64,000 nt of DNA from Thermoplasmata archaeon. GTDB taxonomy: Archaea > Thermoplasmatota > Thermoplasmata > GCA-020350865. Under the pieces are notes generated by a model. The model worked only from the letters and a program-made list of their open reading frames with translations. It had not been told where the DNA came from and made no database searches. Within the stretch, counting starts at the first letter, position 1. The number at the start of each line of letters is the position of its first letter. The stretch is taken from the NCBI GenBank assembly GCA_020348445.1, contig CP070751.1, positions 615,901 to 679,900 of the forward strand. Reading direction: 5' to 3'. A program made the position numbers and the translations under genes. Below, piece by piece: positions 18,514-28,888 of the stretch.

Positions 18514-19356
18514 TTGAGAAGATCTTTCGTGTTAGTACTTGCCATAATTTGCGTCTTTTCTCTTTTAACAATCTGGACACCCATATCCAATGCAGAGGTC
18601 CAAAAGCCTGAATGGAAAGTTGGAGACAAATGGTATTATGAAACTCCCGATCCCGGCATTAACGCTAATCTCACTGTTAAGGTGATTGATATTACCACGA
18701 TAAATGTGAACGAAACCGATTATGATGTATATGTTGTTAACAGCACATTCCTGATGTCCATGTCGGGGGATAATTCAACTGAATATTGGGACAAATATAT
18801 TTCGACAGATAATTTTGCAACTGTAAAAGAAAATATCTTTCGCATAGGATTTGCTCGAGAAATCATTCGAAGGGTGGTGACATATAAACCCCCCAGAATG
18901 GATTATGATTTTCCGCTCTCTGTTGGGAAGGCATGGAAATCAATTTACACTGAGTATGTGGATGTTGAAGGTCAAGGCGTTTTTAGTTTTTCCACAATTC
19001 ATAACTATACAGTTCTCGGAGAGGAAAAAATAACTACCCTCGCAGGAACATTTGAATGCTATAAAATTGAAAGAGATCATGGCTCAGGGATCAAGAATTA
19101 TTTATGGTATTCAAAAGACGTTAAAAACATTGTGAATACAACTGGTGGAACAGAAGAAATGCCCTGGAATATGGAGCTTGTCTCCTATAATATCTCATCT
19201 GAAGATGGAGATGGAGACAACGATGGAGGCAAGAATGACAAAAAAGATGGAGAATTTGATCTATTTGCCATGCCCTATCTTCTGATTCTCATACTGGTTC
19301 CCATAATTATTGTTATAATTATTATATTGTGGATTGTAATAAGGAGGAGAAAGTAA
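18514..19356 (+). CDS. Secreted protein with C-terminal TM anchor (hypothetical)
   Basis: 280 aa, TTG start. Signal peptide RRSFVLVLAIICVFSLLTIWTPISNA. Acidic linker, then C-terminal helix plus RRRK. Confidence 0.65.
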   Translation: MRRSFVLVLAIICVFSLLTIWTPISNAEVQKPEWKVGDKWYYETPDPGINANLTVKVIDITTINVNETDYDVYVVNSTFLMSMSGDNSTEYWDKYISTDNFATVKENIFRIGFAREIIRRVVTYKPPRMDYDFPLSVGKAWKSIYTEYVDVEGQGVFSFSTIHNYTVLGEEKITTLAGTFECYKIERDHGSGIKNYLWYSKDVKNIVNTTGGTEEMPWNMELVSYNISSEDGDGDNDGGKNDKKDGEFDLFAMPYLLILILVPIIIVIIIILWIVIRRRK

Positions 19357-19402
19357 GGAAAAGGTGGTGGGAGTGTAACCTAACACCTTAGTAATAAAAG
19401 AT

Positions 19403-19420
19403 AATCTCAACTTTTAAATA
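19403..19420 (+). promoter_or_regulatory. Candidate BRE/TATA promoter (likely leaderless or very short-leader transcript)
   Basis: AATCTCAACTTTTAAATA ends 25 nt before the ATG at 19445. Confidence 0.45.
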
Positions 19421-19444
19421 GCAACCCATGTATTTTCTTTTTCA

Positions 19445-20263
19445 ATGATCGTGGATTTTCACATTCATATCGGTAAAAGAGAGCATTGGCATCCCTGGGT
19501 GAATCAGCATTTCAAAAAAACAAACCCCACCCTGTACGAGAACTTCGATGACATCATGGTTCCCGAGGGGTTAGAAACCTATTTAAAAAACCAGGGTGTG
19601 GATTATGCGGTAATCCTGGCCGAGAATTCACCTATCACCACCGGTGTTGTTTCCAATGCCTTTGTGTATGATTTTTGCAAAGACAAAGACATGTTCGTTC
19701 CTTTCGCATCCATAGATCCCAAGACCGAGGATGAACCTGCACAGAAGCTCAGGGAGTTGGTTAAGGATAAAGGTTTCAAGGGCCTGAAGCTCTACCCCTC
19801 ATATCAACAATTTTATCCCAATGATGATCTTGCTCACCCGTTATACGAAGAGGCCCAAGCATTGAATATCCCTGTTCTTGTCCACACCGGCTCCTCCATA
19901 TTCAAAGGCTCAAGGCTGAAGTACGCAAATCCACTTCTTTTAGATGATGTGGCAGTTGATTTTCCAGATCTGAAAATAATAATGGCACATTCTGGGAGAG
20001 GATTGTGGTACAAGGAAGCTTTCTTCTTATCCAGACTTCATAAAAATGTTTATATGGAGATATCAGGTCTTCCGCCTAAGAAACTGCTCTCCTATTTCCC
20101 AAATCTAGAAGAAAATAAAGATAAGGTGATATTTGGCAGCGATTGGCCAGGAGTTGCCAGCATAAAAGATAATATAGACGCAGTCAATGCACTCCCCCTT
20201 TATAACTCTACAAAAGAGAAGATACTTAGTATAAATGCAAAAATAGTATTAGGACTGAAGTGA
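19445..20263 (+). CDS. Amidohydrolase-2 family TIM-barrel metal-dependent hydrolase/decarboxylase
   Basis: 272 aa. MIVDFHIHIG (HxH metal ligands), later HTG, MAHSG, GSDWP. Confidence 0.75.
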   Translation: MIVDFHIHIGKREHWHPWVNQHFKKTNPTLYENFDDIMVPEGLETYLKNQGVDYAVILAENSPITTGVVSNAFVYDFCKDKDMFVPFASIDPKTEDEPAQKLRELVKDKGFKGLKLYPSYQQFYPNDDLAHPLYEEAQALNIPVLVHTGSSIFKGSRLKYANPLLLDDVAVDFPDLKIIMAHSGRGLWYKEAFFLSRLHKNVYMEISGLPPKKLLSYFPNLEENKDKVIFGSDWPGVASIKDNIDAVNALPLYNSTKEKILSINAKIVLGLK

Positions 20264-20273
20264 GGTACCAAAG

Positions 20274-20552
20274 ATGAGAATCAAGGTAAAACTCCTAAAA
20301 CCCTTCTCAGATATCGCAGGAAAAGATGAGATGGATTTGGATTTCGAAGGGGAAAACATACAAAATGCTTTGGATGGTCTATGTGAACTATATCCCAACC
20401 TGAGAAAGGAGCTATTTAATGAAAAAGGGGACGTTGACTTCAATATCAACATCTTCATAAACGACAAGCCAATGACAGCCGAAGATGATACTACAACGAA
20501 CCTTTCAGAAGGTGACATTCTTCTGATTTTCATGCCTGTTGCAGGCGGTTGA
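20274..20552 (+). CDS. MoaD/ThiS-family ubiquitin-like small protein (SAMP-like), C-terminal GG
   Basis: 92 aa ending ...IFMPVAGG*. Sits immediately upstream of the AOR gene. Confidence 0.75.
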   Translation: MRIKVKLLKPFSDIAGKDEMDLDFEGENIQNALDGLCELYPNLRKELFNEKGDVDFNINIFINDKPMTAEDDTTTNLSEGDILLIFMPVAGG

Positions 20553-20637
20553 TTTTTTTAATTCCGCAAAACTTAAAAACAGCGCGTATATATCCTGTGG
20601 CACTAAGTATAACCTTGCTTTCGTTGAGGTTGATACC

Positions 20638-22470
20638 ATGCTTAACAGGAAACTCGGTGTTGTGGATCTTTCTAAGGGAAAGATCGAAATCCAGGAAGTT
20701 TCAGAATCCCTAAGAAAAGCACTTTTGGGAGGTAGGGGTTTTAACTCGTACTATCTTTGGAATATGGTTCCTGAGGGAATTGACCCCCTCTCCCCAGAAA
20801 ATGTTCTTATCTTTGGTGCAGGTTTTCTTACAGGCACACTTGCTCCATCATCGGGAAGGTTCAACGTATCTGCTAAATCCCCTGAAACCGGATTTCTTGG
20901 CGACACCAATTGCGGTGGATTCTTTGCACCTGAACTTAGGTACGCTGGTTTTGACAGATTGATTTTAAAGGGCAAGGCCGAAAAACCAAGTTACATATAT
21001 GTGGAGGATGGAGCAATCGAAATAAGGGATGCCCAAGATTACTGGGGCCTGGACACATTGGATGTGCAGAAGGCTTTTCGAAAAGACCTTGGTCAGGTGG
21101 AGATGGCGGTATGCGGTGTGGCAGGAGAGAATTTAGTAAGGTATGCGTGCATCCGAACCGGTATTAAAAATGCAGGGGGTAGGACTGGTATGGGCTGTGT
21201 CATGGGCTCCAAGAATATCAAGGCTATCGTGGCCCAAGGTACAATAGGGATAGAGATCGCCCATCCTGAGGAGATGCTGAAGACTGTAGAGGAATTAAAA
21301 GACTACATCATGAAGTCCAAGATCACGCCTATCCTCGGGTCCGTGGGCACACCACTTCTGTATGAAGTGTCCAACGCCTTCGGAGGAATAAGAACAAAAA
21401 ACAGCCAACTCAACGCATGGTCCGATGATTTCAATGCATCAGAAGTTGAAAAATTCGTAGAAAAGATGATTTCATGCTCATCATGTTTTGTTCATTGTAG
21501 GCACAGAAATACATTGGGAGGAGAGGGGCCCGAGTACACTGCATTGGGCCTTTTGGGCTCCAATATAGGAATGGAGAAACTTGAGGACTGCATCAAAATG
21601 CAGAACCAGGTAAATGATCTTGGACTGGACGTCTCCTCAACTGGAACATATCTTGCTTGGGCAACTGAACTATTTGAAAAAGGCCTGATTGATGAGAAGG
21701 TGACTGGTGGAATAGACCTGAGCTTCAATGATTTCGAAACCTACACTAAATTAATTGATATGATATCACGCAGGGAAGGTTTTGGTGACATCCTTGCCGA
21801 GGGGCAGTGGGCGGCAGAGAAACTAAATGATCCAAATAGAGATTACCTCATCGCAGTAAAAGGGCTTCCACAATCTGACCCGCATGACGTGAGGTACATG
21901 AAGGCTTTTGCATTGGGCATAGCGACGTCTTCCAGGGGAGCAGATCACTTAAGGAGCAGGCCAACATTGGAGATATTCTTCAAATTACCTCCGGATGTGA
22001 GAAACAAAATCTATGGAGCAGAAATAGCAAACAACCCCATTACACTGGATACCAAGGAGCATGTTGTGTCTTGGTCGGAAAATATCTTTGCGACAATCGA
22101 TTGTTTGGGAATGTGCAAGTTCATTTGCCATGGATTCAACAGCCCACATTTCGTGGATTATGACTGGATGCTGAGATTGATCAATGCAGCTTCGGGCTGG
22201 GACTATACCGATGCTCAACTTAGAGCAGTAGGTCCGAGAGTAATAGATATCGAAAGGCTGTTTAACATGAAGCACGGACTCACAAAGGCCCATGATACTC
22301 TTCCCAAAAAGTACTTTGACGATCCAAGCCCGCTGAAGGTGGCAAAGGGACATCATATAGACAGGGAAGAATTTGCCAAGGCTCTTGATAGGTTCTATGA
22401 GGTGAAGGGTTGGACGCCCCAGGGGAAGGTAAAAGACGACCGCATTGCAGAGCTGGAGGCGATAGCGTGA
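20638..22470 (+). CDS. aor: Aldehyde:ferredoxin oxidoreductase family (tungstopterin) enzyme
   Basis: The track ORF is trimmed to the ATG at 20638, behind GAGGT. MLNRKLGVVDLSKGKIE..., GGRGFNSYYLW, SPETGF.GDTNCGG, and a ~610-aa length typical of AOR. Confidence 0.85.
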   Translation: MLNRKLGVVDLSKGKIEIQEVSESLRKALLGGRGFNSYYLWNMVPEGIDPLSPENVLIFGAGFLTGTLAPSSGRFNVSAKSPETGFLGDTNCGGFFAPELRYAGFDRLILKGKAEKPSYIYVEDGAIEIRDAQDYWGLDTLDVQKAFRKDLGQVEMAVCGVAGENLVRYACIRTGIKNAGGRTGMGCVMGSKNIKAIVAQGTIGIEIAHPEEMLKTVEELKDYIMKSKITPILGSVGTPLLYEVSNAFGGIRTKNSQLNAWSDDFNASEVEKFVEKMISCSSCFVHCRHRNTLGGEGPEYTALGLLGSNIGMEKLEDCIKMQNQVNDLGLDVSSTGTYLAWATELFEKGLIDEKVTGGIDLSFNDFETYTKLIDMISRREGFGDILAEGQWAAEKLNDPNRDYLIAVKGLPQSDPHDVRYMKAFALGIATSSRGADHLRSRPTLEIFFKLPPDVRNKIYGAEIANNPITLDTKEHVVSWSENIFATIDCLGMCKFICHGFNSPHFVDYDWMLRLINAASGWDYTDAQLRAVGPRVIDIERLFNMKHGLTKAHDTLPKKYFDDPSPLKVAKGHHIDREEFAKALDRFYEVKGWTPQGKVKDDRIAELEAIA

Positions 22471-22922
22471 AATATCTATTCACCTACCCAGAGAAATGCA
22501 CAGGATGTAGGCAGTGCTCAATATCATGTGCCCTCAATAAACTTGGGGAATGCAATCCAAAAAAAGGTGCAATCAATGTTCTTAGGGATGAATTTGAGCG
22601 CTACGAAATCCAGTTCGTTTGCCTTCATTGCGAGGATCCCGAATGTGTTTTGGTATGTATGAAGAGTGCCATAACAAAGGGGGAGGATGGTATAGTCAGG
22701 GTAGACAAAGAAAAATGCATTGGCTGCAGAATGTGCGTGGTAGCCTGTCCCTATGGGGCCATAACATCCTTTGAGGGGGATATCATCAAATGCGACCTGT
22801 GTGACGGGGAACCTGTATGTATAAAATACTGTTCCACTGAAGCTGTGGTATACGAGGAGGAGAACGAGGAGCTAATGGATAGAAGAAAGGAACTGGCAAA
22901 GGTTATTCTGAAGAAAGAATAG
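22467..22922 (+). CDS. 4Fe-4S dicluster electron-transfer protein (AOR partner, AorA-like)
   Basis: The GTG at 22467 overlaps the AOR stop (GTGA). Cys clusters CTGCRQCSISC, CLHCEDPEC, CIGCRMCVVACP, CDLCDGEPVC. Confidence 0.8.
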   Translation: MKYLFTYPEKCTGCRQCSISCALNKLGECNPKKGAINVLRDEFERYEIQFVCLHCEDPECVLVCMKSAITKGEDGIVRVDKEKCIGCRMCVVACPYGAITSFEGDIIKCDLCDGEPVCIKYCSTEAVVYEEENEELMDRRKELAKVILKKE

Positions 22923-23028
22923 GGTCGAAATTTCTTATTCCCAAAACCTGCTCACAAACTCATATCCAAGCTTTTTCACTTTTTGAAAAACAAAATAATT
23001 AAATCAATAACAAAGCTATCCCCAGAAT

Positions 23029-23712
23029 ATGAGAAAGCCAAGCAAAGTCTGGGAGAAGGTGTATCAAATAGGAGGGCCAAGTATGTCCCATGCCCAGGAC
23101 TGCATGATTTTTCTTGTGGATATCGGATTCGGCGAGAGCATTTTAATTGACTGCGGAGCAGGCAACAGTTTTGAAACGCTGTTAAAAAATATCAGATCAG
23201 TTGGACTTGAGCCTCAAAGGTTAAAGGCCCTGATTTTAACCCACTGCCACATAGACCATATCGGAGGAACATGGGAATTCAAAGACAAATTTAAAATTAA
23301 AATAGTGGCACACAAAGAAGATGCAGATGCAATCGAGGGCAAAAACACAAAAAAAACCGCAGCTCTATGGTACGGGGTGGACTATAAACCTGTGTCCGTG
23401 GATCATATTCTATCTGAAGATCTTGAAACCCTCACATTCGGGGATGTGGATTTTAACTGTCTCCATACACCAGGGCACACTCCAGGTTCGATTTCAGTTT
23501 ACTGCGACATAGAAGGTAAAAGAATACTTTTTGGGCAGGATATTCACGGTCCATTCGACGCCAGCTTCCAATCAAATATCGAGGATTGGAGAAAATCCAT
23601 GAAGAAATTGTTGGATTTACAGGCCGATATTCTATGCGAAGGCCATTTTGGTATCTATCGTTCAAAAGAGGATGTAAGAAAATACATCGAAAGTTATCTC
23701 AGAAGGTATTGA
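23029..23712 (+). CDS. MBL-fold metallo-hydrolase
   Basis: 227 aa with the THCHIDHIGG (HxHxDH) motif, later HTPGHTPG. Confidence 0.85.
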   Translation: MRKPSKVWEKVYQIGGPSMSHAQDCMIFLVDIGFGESILIDCGAGNSFETLLKNIRSVGLEPQRLKALILTHCHIDHIGGTWEFKDKFKIKIVAHKEDADAIEGKNTKKTAALWYGVDYKPVSVDHILSEDLETLTFGDVDFNCLHTPGHTPGSISVYCDIEGKRILFGQDIHGPFDASFQSNIEDWRKSMKKLLDLQADILCEGHFGIYRSKEDVRKYIESYLRRY

Positions 23713-23911
23713 ATTCAAATTTTAAACCATTGGCCTCAAATGAGTTCATAGAATATGTAATGAAAGCGACATTATTAAAATTATTTTTGACATAAAACGC
23801 CGAAATATGTTCCGATATAGTATATATCAGCGAAATATTCAACGAATATCAACAATAGATTTAAATGGTAAAATAATCATACCCAAAGCTAAATCGTAGC
23901 GGTGAGCAACC

Positions 23912-24430
23912 ATGGTAAAACGTAAGTCGAGCAGAGAAAAATCAGAGTTGGCTAGGCGGTGGGAGGGCCTTGATTTGGACCTTCTTCCCATTGATTCGTT
24001 GGATGTAAACATTCTGGATATTTTGCGTGAAAACTCCAGAACAAGCAACGCCGTGATTGCAAGAATGTTGGGCACAAGTGAAGCCACTATAAGACGCAGG
24101 ATCAAGAACATGATGGACAAGGGAATCATTGTAGGTTTTTCCACTTATATCAATTACTCACTCATAGAGAATCCTGTCAAGGCCTACATACACATAAAGG
24201 TCAGAACAGAAAAAATGGAATCAGTAGTTGATAAGATAAAGTCCCATGATATGCTGTTGGCTTTATACCGTGTTGCAGGGGAGTACGATATACTCTGTGT
24301 GACAATGTTTTCCTCCATGAATGGCCTGCATGAATTTATCGATTACTTTTTAGGGATCGATGGGATAATAGAGACGAATACGCAGATTGTGATGAAAGCC
24401 CACAAGGGAGTGCCCTGGACTGGGATTTAA
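23912..24430 (+). CDS. Lrp/AsnC-family transcriptional regulator
   Basis: 172 aa. HTH LDILRENSRTSNAVIARMLGTSEATIRRRIKNMMDKGII followed by a RAM-like domain. It has a ~30-aa basic N-terminal extension. Confidence 0.85.
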   Translation: MVKRKSSREKSELARRWEGLDLDLLPIDSLDVNILDILRENSRTSNAVIARMLGTSEATIRRRIKNMMDKGIIVGFSTYINYSLIENPVKAYIHIKVRTEKMESVVDKIKSHDMLLALYRVAGEYDILCVTMFSSMNGLHEFIDYFLGIDGIIETNTQIVMKAHKGVPWTGI

Positions 24431-24532
24431 GTAAAATTGCTTTATGTTTTCCCTCTATTTAGTGATTGTATTACTAGCTGGATATTTCCTTTTTTATCGG
24501 TTATTATCGAAAACTTTCAAACAGTCAAAATT

Positions 24533-25567
24533 TTATACCCTTTTTTTCCTCTTTTTTATAACAAATATATAAATCAAGACCAGTATAATAATTCCTATAC
24601 TTGATAGAACATATAGGTAAGGAGAAATTTCAATAATCCCATCATTGGATAAATCATATTCAAATACTTCAATCTCCTCCCATTTATTGTTATTATTGTC
24701 GACCACTTTTACAATAAAAGAATAATTACCACTTCCATCCTCTGATTTATCCCATATAACTCGTAGAATTAAAATACCCTGATCTTGATATTCATACTCA
24801 ATAATCTCAAAATCTACGATATTTTTTCCTGATGGTCCATTAATCAGGACATTATAATCAGCAATATCATATATACCGAATGCATCTGTAATCATCAAAT
24901 CTACCACAGCCTTATTTTTCGTAGTTGTATGATTAAAAATATCGATAGAAATTGGTTTTGTATTAATTGTAAAACGAGAGGGATGATTTGTGCTATTATA
25001 GAGGATTCTCGCTTCTGCTGGTGACTGAGATCCTATAATTCCTACATCTATCCCCATACCAATACAATCTCCTGTATTGAAATATTTTAAATCATCTGGA
25101 AGAACCTCTTCAGAAAGCACACCACTAAACTCCACAGGTTCGTCGAAAACTAAGTTACTACCTATAGTTAGTCCATAGGTTTGTCCCTCTCCACTAGACT
25201 TATGAATGTTTAGAGAGGCCTGTATAGTAAGATATCTGGGGGAATTGCATACTGCCCATACAGTGATATGAACATCCCCAAAAATTGAGAAACTCGCCTT
25301 CAACGGATCAGAAAACCAATAATAATAATCCGAAGATTGTAGGGGGTCATTCAGATAATAAATCTGATATTCGTCCGATAATGAAGAAGGAATTGAGGTA
25401 GAAATATTACCTGGAGGATTGGATGGCATGGTTGGATGTAAGCTTCCTCCCTCCCCATAGATATATAAGTTGATATCTTGGGAACCTTCTGAATATTCAT
25501 CGGCAATAACTAGAGGAATATTTAATAATATTATTAAACCCAGTCCAAGCACGGTAAGTATTCTCAT
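24533..25567 (-). CDS. Secreted protein with C-terminal TM anchor (hypothetical)
   Basis: 344 aa. Signal peptide MRILTVLGLGLIILLNIPLVIA. C-terminal helix plus KKRKKRV. Confidence 0.65.
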   Translation of the reverse strand: MRILTVLGLGLIILLNIPLVIADEYSEGSQDINLYIYGEGGSLHPTMPSNPPGNISTSIPSSLSDEYQIYYLNDPLQSSDYYYWFSDPLKASFSIFGDVHITVWAVCNSPRYLTIQASLNIHKSSGEGQTYGLTIGSNLVFDEPVEFSGVLSEEVLPDDLKYFNTGDCIGMGIDVGIIGSQSPAEARILYNSTNHPSRFTINTKPISIDIFNHTTTKNKAVVDLMITDAFGIYDIADYNVLINGPSGKNIVDFEIIEYEYQDQGILILRVIWDKSEDGSGNYSFIVKVVDNNNNKWEEIEVFEYDLSNDGIIEISPYLYVLSSIGIIILVLIYIFVIKKRKKRV

Positions 25568-25855
25568 ATCAACACCGCTTAAATCACTCGCACGTTCTTT
25601 AATGAATTTACAAATTTAAATAACTTTTTCCAATATTTGGGTATTTGTGCCCTCCTGCAACATTATCTTCTCTGAAATGATTTTTAGTTCGTGATTATTA
25701 ACTTCTAAATCTCCCCACTCTAACAAATAAGAATACGTTTTCTTTAAGGGATTTATTTCTTACCTTTAGAGTTATTCATGAATTAAGAGAAACAAACCCA
25801 CCCAAAACCTTTTAATTTTTGTAGAACATGCCCGCTTGATTTATGCGGTGATTTC

Positions 25856-27226
25856 TTGGAGCAGGCAATTTTAGAAGAAGGGATAAAGTCTGGTGCTACA
25901 TATTGTGATGTGCGGATCGGGAATATTAAAGGTACATCCATTGAGGTTAAGGATGGCGATTTAAAGAAATCCTCCTCTGGAGAAGAGATGGGTGCGGGCA
26001 TAAGGGTACTATACAAGGGTGTATGGGGTTTCTTCTCTACGAACGAGGTATCCAAAGAAAGTTTGAAAAAGGCACTTTATGATGCACTTGAGATGGCAAA
26101 AAGCGGAAGCAGGGTGGCCAAAGAAAGGGTCGAACTTTCCGAGGTAAAAGTCATCCAAAACAAAGTGGTTTGGAAGCCGAAAAATAATCCCCATGATGTA
26201 CCGATTGCAGATAAATATAAAATATTGGCTGAGATGGACCGCACAATTCACAAAATCGAAGGCATCCATACTGTAACAACATCATACTCGGACAGCACAA
26301 TAGGGACGCACTTCATCAGTTCTGAGGGTGCAGATATATATACCGAGATTACCAGGATCGTAACCCAGGTCAATCTGGTTGCAAGGGAAGGTGCAAAGGT
26401 CGTTGGCTACCGGGGTAGGATAGGGGGAACATGTGGTTTTGAGCTCTTCGATATGCACGATCCTGTGGAGAAAGGTGTTAAGCTTGGAGAATCAGCTGTA
26501 AGGGTTCTTAAAGCAAAGCGCTCTCCCTCTGGTAGGTATCCAGTTGTTGCGGATCATGATCTTACAGGTGTCTTTGTGCATGAAGCTCTCGGACATACAA
26601 CAGAAGCTGATCTTGTCACTTCGGGGGATTCAATTCTTGAAGGCCAGATAGGTAATAAGATAGCCCAAGATAATATCACCATTGTAGACGACTCCACCAT
26701 AGAACACGCATTCGGTTCATTTCCCTACGATGATGAAGGCACCAAAGGTGAGAGAAAGATTCTCATAAAAGATGGGGTGTTAAAAGGATATATCTTAAAC
26801 AGGGAGACAGCGCATAAGCTGGGCATGCGAAGCAACGGCGGTGCAAGAGCAGAATCCTACGCCTCAAGACCTCTTGTAAGGATGAGCAACACCTTCATTG
26901 AGAAGGGAGATTATAGCTTCGAGGAAATACTAAAGGACATAGAATACGGTATCTACGCAAAAGGTACCCGCGGCGGGCAGGTTGATACAGCCAAAGGATC
27001 ATTTCAGTTCAGTGCCCAGGAGGCTTTTTTGATTGAGAAGGGAGAGGTAACCACCCCCCTAAAAGATGTGTCACTTTCTGGCAAGACCCTTCAAACCTTG
27101 ATGAACATAGATGCCGTGGGCAAGGACCTTGCTTTGGGTGATCCTGGTTTCTGCGGGAAGGGGCAACTTGTGCCTGTTGGTGATGGTGGCCCTCATATAA
27201 GGATTAAGGAAGCAGTTGTGGGATGA
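25856..27226 (+). CDS. tldD: TldD-family metalloprotease
   Basis: 456 aa, TTG start. HEALGHTTEAD zinc motif and C-terminal GGPHIRI. Confidence 0.85.
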   Translation: MEQAILEEGIKSGATYCDVRIGNIKGTSIEVKDGDLKKSSSGEEMGAGIRVLYKGVWGFFSTNEVSKESLKKALYDALEMAKSGSRVAKERVELSEVKVIQNKVVWKPKNNPHDVPIADKYKILAEMDRTIHKIEGIHTVTTSYSDSTIGTHFISSEGADIYTEITRIVTQVNLVAREGAKVVGYRGRIGGTCGFELFDMHDPVEKGVKLGESAVRVLKAKRSPSGRYPVVADHDLTGVFVHEALGHTTEADLVTSGDSILEGQIGNKIAQDNITIVDDSTIEHAFGSFPYDDEGTKGERKILIKDGVLKGYILNRETAHKLGMRSNGGARAESYASRPLVRMSNTFIEKGDYSFEEILKDIEYGIYAKGTRGGQVDTAKGSFQFSAQEAFLIEKGEVTTPLKDVSLSGKTLQTLMNIDAVGKDLALGDPGFCGKGQLVPVGDGGPHIRIKEAVVG

Positions 27227-27230
27227 GGAG

Positions 27231-28586
27231 ATGATGGATACAGCTAAAAAAATAGCGGATCGCGCCCTTGAATTTGGGGCAGACGAGGCCGAGGTTTTTA
27301 TAATCGAAAGTCATTGCCGAGGATTCACAATAGAGAAGAATTCCGTATCCTCCATATCTGGTGGGGTTGATAGAGGAATCGGTATCAGGATTTTAAAGGA
27401 CAAGAAACTGGGATTTGCTTACTGCACAGAGGAGAAAGATAATGAAGAAGCCATAAAAAGAGCGTTATCCCTTTCCAAGCTCGGGAAGGAATCTGAGTTC
27501 ACTTTTCCTGAGCCTAAAGATATTAAAAAGATCCATAACTTGTTCGACCAAAGAATTGTTGAGTATCCCACGAAAGAGGCCCTGGAAGGGGCAGTTAATC
27601 TTGTGAAATCCGGACTCGAGGTGGATAAGGATGTTATTGTAACGAGAGGAGGCCTCAGTTACGGTTATGAAAGCTTTGTTGTCGTAAATTCAAAGGGTCT
27701 TGCTGTGGAGGATAAAGGTACAGAGATACATGCCGGTGTCAGCATGGTGCTAAAAAAAGATGGTATCTCCACAGGATTTGAGGATTATTCTTCGAGGATT
27801 CTTGAAATCGATTTCTGTGACTTGGGAAAAAAGTGTGCCGAACTTACAGTAAAAGGCCAGAACGCCAAAAAGATCGAGGACAAGAAGATGACAGTTGTTT
27901 TAACACCACATGCCTTTGCCAACCTATTGGAGTTTATAACCGCCCCTGCACTTTTGGGCGAGGCAGCCCATAAAAACGAATCAGTATATTCTGGTAAAAC
28001 GGGAGAGCAAGTGGCAAGCGAAAAGCTCACTGCAATCGATGACGGCTCCTTTGCTGGGGGGCTCAATTCCGCAATTGTGGATGATGAGGGAGTCCCTTCA
28101 AAAAGGACAGTTCTCATAGACAAGGGGATTTTACAGGGATTCTTGTATTCCCAGGGCAGCGCAATTGAATTCGACAAAGACACAACAGCCAATGCCATGA
28201 GAGCCGAGAGATTTGCCTCGGCAAGGAACTATAAATCACCGCCTGTGGTTAAAGCGAGAAACATCATCGTAGAGGGAGAATGCGAGAAAGTGGATGCCCT
28301 AATTTCAGAGGTTGACGAGGGTGTTCTGGTGTACGAAGTTCTAGGTGCCCATACTTCCAATCCCGCAAGCGGGGATTTTTCAGTGGAAAGCCCAATACTG
28401 TTTAAGATCGAGCGCGGAGAGATCGTTCATCCCATAAAAAGCGCCATGCTCTCGGGGAACTTCCCAGAGTGTCTGAAGGATGTGCGGGGAATAGGTGACG
28501 ATCATAAATTGGTTTCAGGGGGTCTTACACCTGTAAGTTTCTCTATTCCCACCGTAAGCCTGGGTGGTATGAGGGTTACAGGTTGA
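27231..28586 (+). CDS. pmbA: PmbA/TldE-family protease partner
   Basis: The track ORF is trimmed to the ATG at 27231, behind GGATGAGGAG. It is a TldD paralog lacking HExxxH and directly follows tldD. Confidence 0.8.
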   Translation: MMDTAKKIADRALEFGADEAEVFIIESHCRGFTIEKNSVSSISGGVDRGIGIRILKDKKLGFAYCTEEKDNEEAIKRALSLSKLGKESEFTFPEPKDIKKIHNLFDQRIVEYPTKEALEGAVNLVKSGLEVDKDVIVTRGGLSYGYESFVVVNSKGLAVEDKGTEIHAGVSMVLKKDGISTGFEDYSSRILEIDFCDLGKKCAELTVKGQNAKKIEDKKMTVVLTPHAFANLLEFITAPALLGEAAHKNESVYSGKTGEQVASEKLTAIDDGSFAGGLNSAIVDDEGVPSKRTVLIDKGILQGFLYSQGSAIEFDKDTTANAMRAERFASARNYKSPPVVKARNIIVEGECEKVDALISEVDEGVLVYEVLGAHTSNPASGDFSVESPILFKIERGEIVHPIKSAMLSGNFPECLKDVRGIGDDHKLVSGGLTPVSFSIPTVSLGGMRVTG

Positions 28587-28658
28587 AAATAGAGATATCT
28601 CCATCCATAATTTTAATAATAGGAATACCGTTTCGGTTTCGAATATCCTGTTTCAATT

Positions 28659-28732
28659 GGGCCTATAGCTTAGACTGGTGGAGCGCCCGGCTGATAACCG
28701 GGAGGTCGAGAGTTCAAATCTCTCTAGGCCCA
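28659..28732 (+). tRNA. tRNA-Ile (anticodon GAU), no intron, CCA not encoded
   Basis: GGGCCTA TA GCTT AGACTGGTGG AGCG C CCGGC TGATAAC CGGGA GGTC GAGAG TTCAAAT CTCTC TAGGCCC A gives a clean cloverleaf. Confidence 0.95.
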
Positions 28733-28757
28733 CTTACCTTTTATATTAAATTGATTC

Positions 28758-28823
28758 GTGGGCCTATTGATGTTCGAGTTATGCTAGAGATCGCTAAGTC
28801 TTAAGCTCGAACATCTCTAGGCC
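28758..28823. repeat. Foldback element A1 (tRNA-acceptor-mimic hairpin)
   Basis: GTGGGCCTA TT GATGTTCGAG [27-nt loop TTATGCTAGAGATCGCTAAGTCTTAAG] CTCGAACATC TC TAGGCC. The 10-bp inner stem is perfect, and the outer 6 bp equal the tRNA-Ile acceptor stem. Confidence 0.85.
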
Positions 28824-28888
28824 ATAAATTAAGGATGGTGTTCTGAGCATCTCTAGGCCTCTGGTTATCAATTCAATCAAATTAATAC

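Noticed and set aside
28583-28804. 73-aa ORF overlapping the end of pmbA.
   Set aside because: It runs through tRNA-Ile and foldback A1, with no coding signal.
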